NCBI GenBank assembly: GCA_027621505.1
Contig: JAQCBK010000001.1
Span: forward strand, 15,114-79,113
DNA from: Bacteroidota bacterium
GTDB taxonomy: Bacteria; Bacteroidota; Bacteroidia; Flavobacteriales; Flavobacteriaceae
DNA length: 64,000 nt
Direction of reading: 5' to 3'
The notes under the pieces were generated by a model. That model worked only from the letters and a program-made list of their open reading frames with translations, did not search any database and was not told the origin of the DNA. This document shows positions 63,032-64,000 of the stretch, piece by piece. The first letter of the stretch is position 1. Each line of letters opens with the position of its first letter. The position numbers and the translations under genes are program-made.

Positions 63032-63142
63032 TCCTTACTGCTAGCATGCATCTTTAGGTAAAAGTTAAAACAAAGGGGGTTTAGGTTAAGTTAATGTTAT
63101 ATAAAATCTAATCGATTAATAAATTCTTAACATTGGTGAATC

Positions 63143-64000
63143 GTGGATTGGGAAAAACTATTGAAGTTAAAGCGTTTTGGAGATATAAATGACCGTCCCA
63201 GGTTGGCACAAGACGACACACGTTTGGGATTTGAAGTGGATTATGACCGCATTGTATTTTCCAGTGCTTTTCGGAGTCTGCAGGACAAAACACAGGTCAT
63301 TCCTTTCTCCAAAACCGACTTTGTTCACACCCGGCTTACTCATAGTTTGGAGGTTTCTGTGGTAGGCAGAAGTTTGGGCAGAATGGCGGGTAAAGCCGTT
63401 TTAGAAAAATATCCCTATTTAACGAAAGATCTCGGCTATAAAATCAATGATTTTGGTGCCATTGTTGCCGCAGCAGCCCTTTCCCACGACATCGGCAATC
63501 CCCCCTTTGGACACAGTGGCGAAAAAGCCATCGGCCATTACTTTGAAGCAGGCAATGGGCATCAGTTCCAATCTCAATTGACTGATGCAGAATACCAAGA
63601 TTTATGTGCATTTGAAGGCAATGCCAACGGTTTTAAAATTCTCACAGAAAGCAAGGCAGGGATCCCGGGTGGCTTGAGGCTGAGTTATGCCACTTTGGGG
63701 GCTTTTGTCAAGTACCCCAAAGGAAGTTTACCCCATCGTCCCACTTCCCATGTCGCTCATAAAAAATTTGGTTTTTTTCAAGCCCAAAAAGCTTTCTTCG
63801 ATACACTGTCTGAAGAACTCGGACTTCGGAGTGGGACAACTGTTCACCGTCACCCATTGGCCTATTTGGTCGAGGCTGCTGATGACATTTGCTATACCAT
63901 CATCGATTTTGAGGACGGTATCCATCTCGGTTGGATTGAAGAGGAATACGCGCTGGAATACTTGATCAATTTGGTTAAAGAGGACATGGATACCAACAAA
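63143..64000 (+). CDS. dgt: dGTP triphosphohydrolase (HD domain), 5' part; runs off the window end
   Basis: Frame is open from 63140 to the window end (not in the ORF track because there is no stop). VDWEKLLKLKRFGD..., HSLEVSVVGRSLG and LSHDIGNPPFGHSGE motifs. Apparent GTG start at 63143. Confidence 0.88.
   Translation, partial: MDWEKLLKLKRFGDINDRPRLAQDDTRLGFEVDYDRIVFSSAFRSLQDKTQVIPFSKTDFVHTRLTHSLEVSVVGRSLGRMAGKAVLEKYPYLTKDLGYKINDFGAIVAAAALSHDIGNPPFGHSGEKAIGHYFEAGNGHQFQSQLTDAEYQDLCAFEGNANGFKILTESKAGIPGGLRLSYATLGAFVKYPKGSLPHRPTSHVAHKKFGFFQAQKAFFDTLSEELGLRSGTTVHRHPLAYLVEAADDICYTIIDFEDGIHLGWIEEEYALEYLINLVKEDMDTNK

Overview
This window looks like a core chromosomal segment of a Bacteroidota (Flavobacteriia/Cytophagia-like) genome. 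The assignment rests on four observations: an alternative complex III operon, many TAnnTTTG -7-type promoter motifs, a lack of obvious Shine-Dalgarno sites, and a TonB-dependent receptor with an N-terminal carboxypeptidase-regulatory-like domain. Gene content, left to right:
- ACIII actD'-actC-actB-actA (minus strand).
- rimP-nusA-infB (minus strand).
- An uncharacterised VWA plus ChlI-like AAA+ pair.
- An Rrf2 regulator divergent from a tightly packed 9-gene assimilatory sulfate-reduction/siroheme operon: DUF2061, cysH (APS-reductase type), cysD, cysN, sulfite reductase, cobA, a Met8-like gene, and a TrxR-like FNR.
- comF and an Ig-like lipoprotein.
- glyQS carrying an in-frame TAA.
- xth, an OmpA-like protein and an aldo/keto reductase.
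- A roughly 1 kb decayed region holding two convergent N-terminal gene fragments, bracketed by a 25-bp direct repeat.
- An orphan two-NBD ABC ATPase, a PolB-like exonuclease, a serine hydrolase and ogt.
- A complete aerobic haem cluster: hemA-C-D-E-F-B on the minus strand, then AraC-hemH-MATE and hemJ on the plus strand.
- Housekeeping genes: histidine kinase, enoyl-CoA hydratase, acyltransferase, bacilliredoxin, TerB-DnaJ, HupE, dCMP deaminase, Ctp protease, MarC, DUF3109 and nrdBA.
- A lipoprotein-TonB receptor-PiT/PhoU locus.
- The 5' part of dgt.
I found no CRISPR array, tRNA, rRNA, transposase, integrase or recognisable defence genes. I see no clear novel multi-gene system here. The most checkable anomalies are the nonsense codon in the essential glyQS gene and the repeat-bracketed deletion scar at about 28.9-29.9 kb. 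The other findings are context-based hypotheses. All functional calls come from motif recognition by eye; no database search was run.
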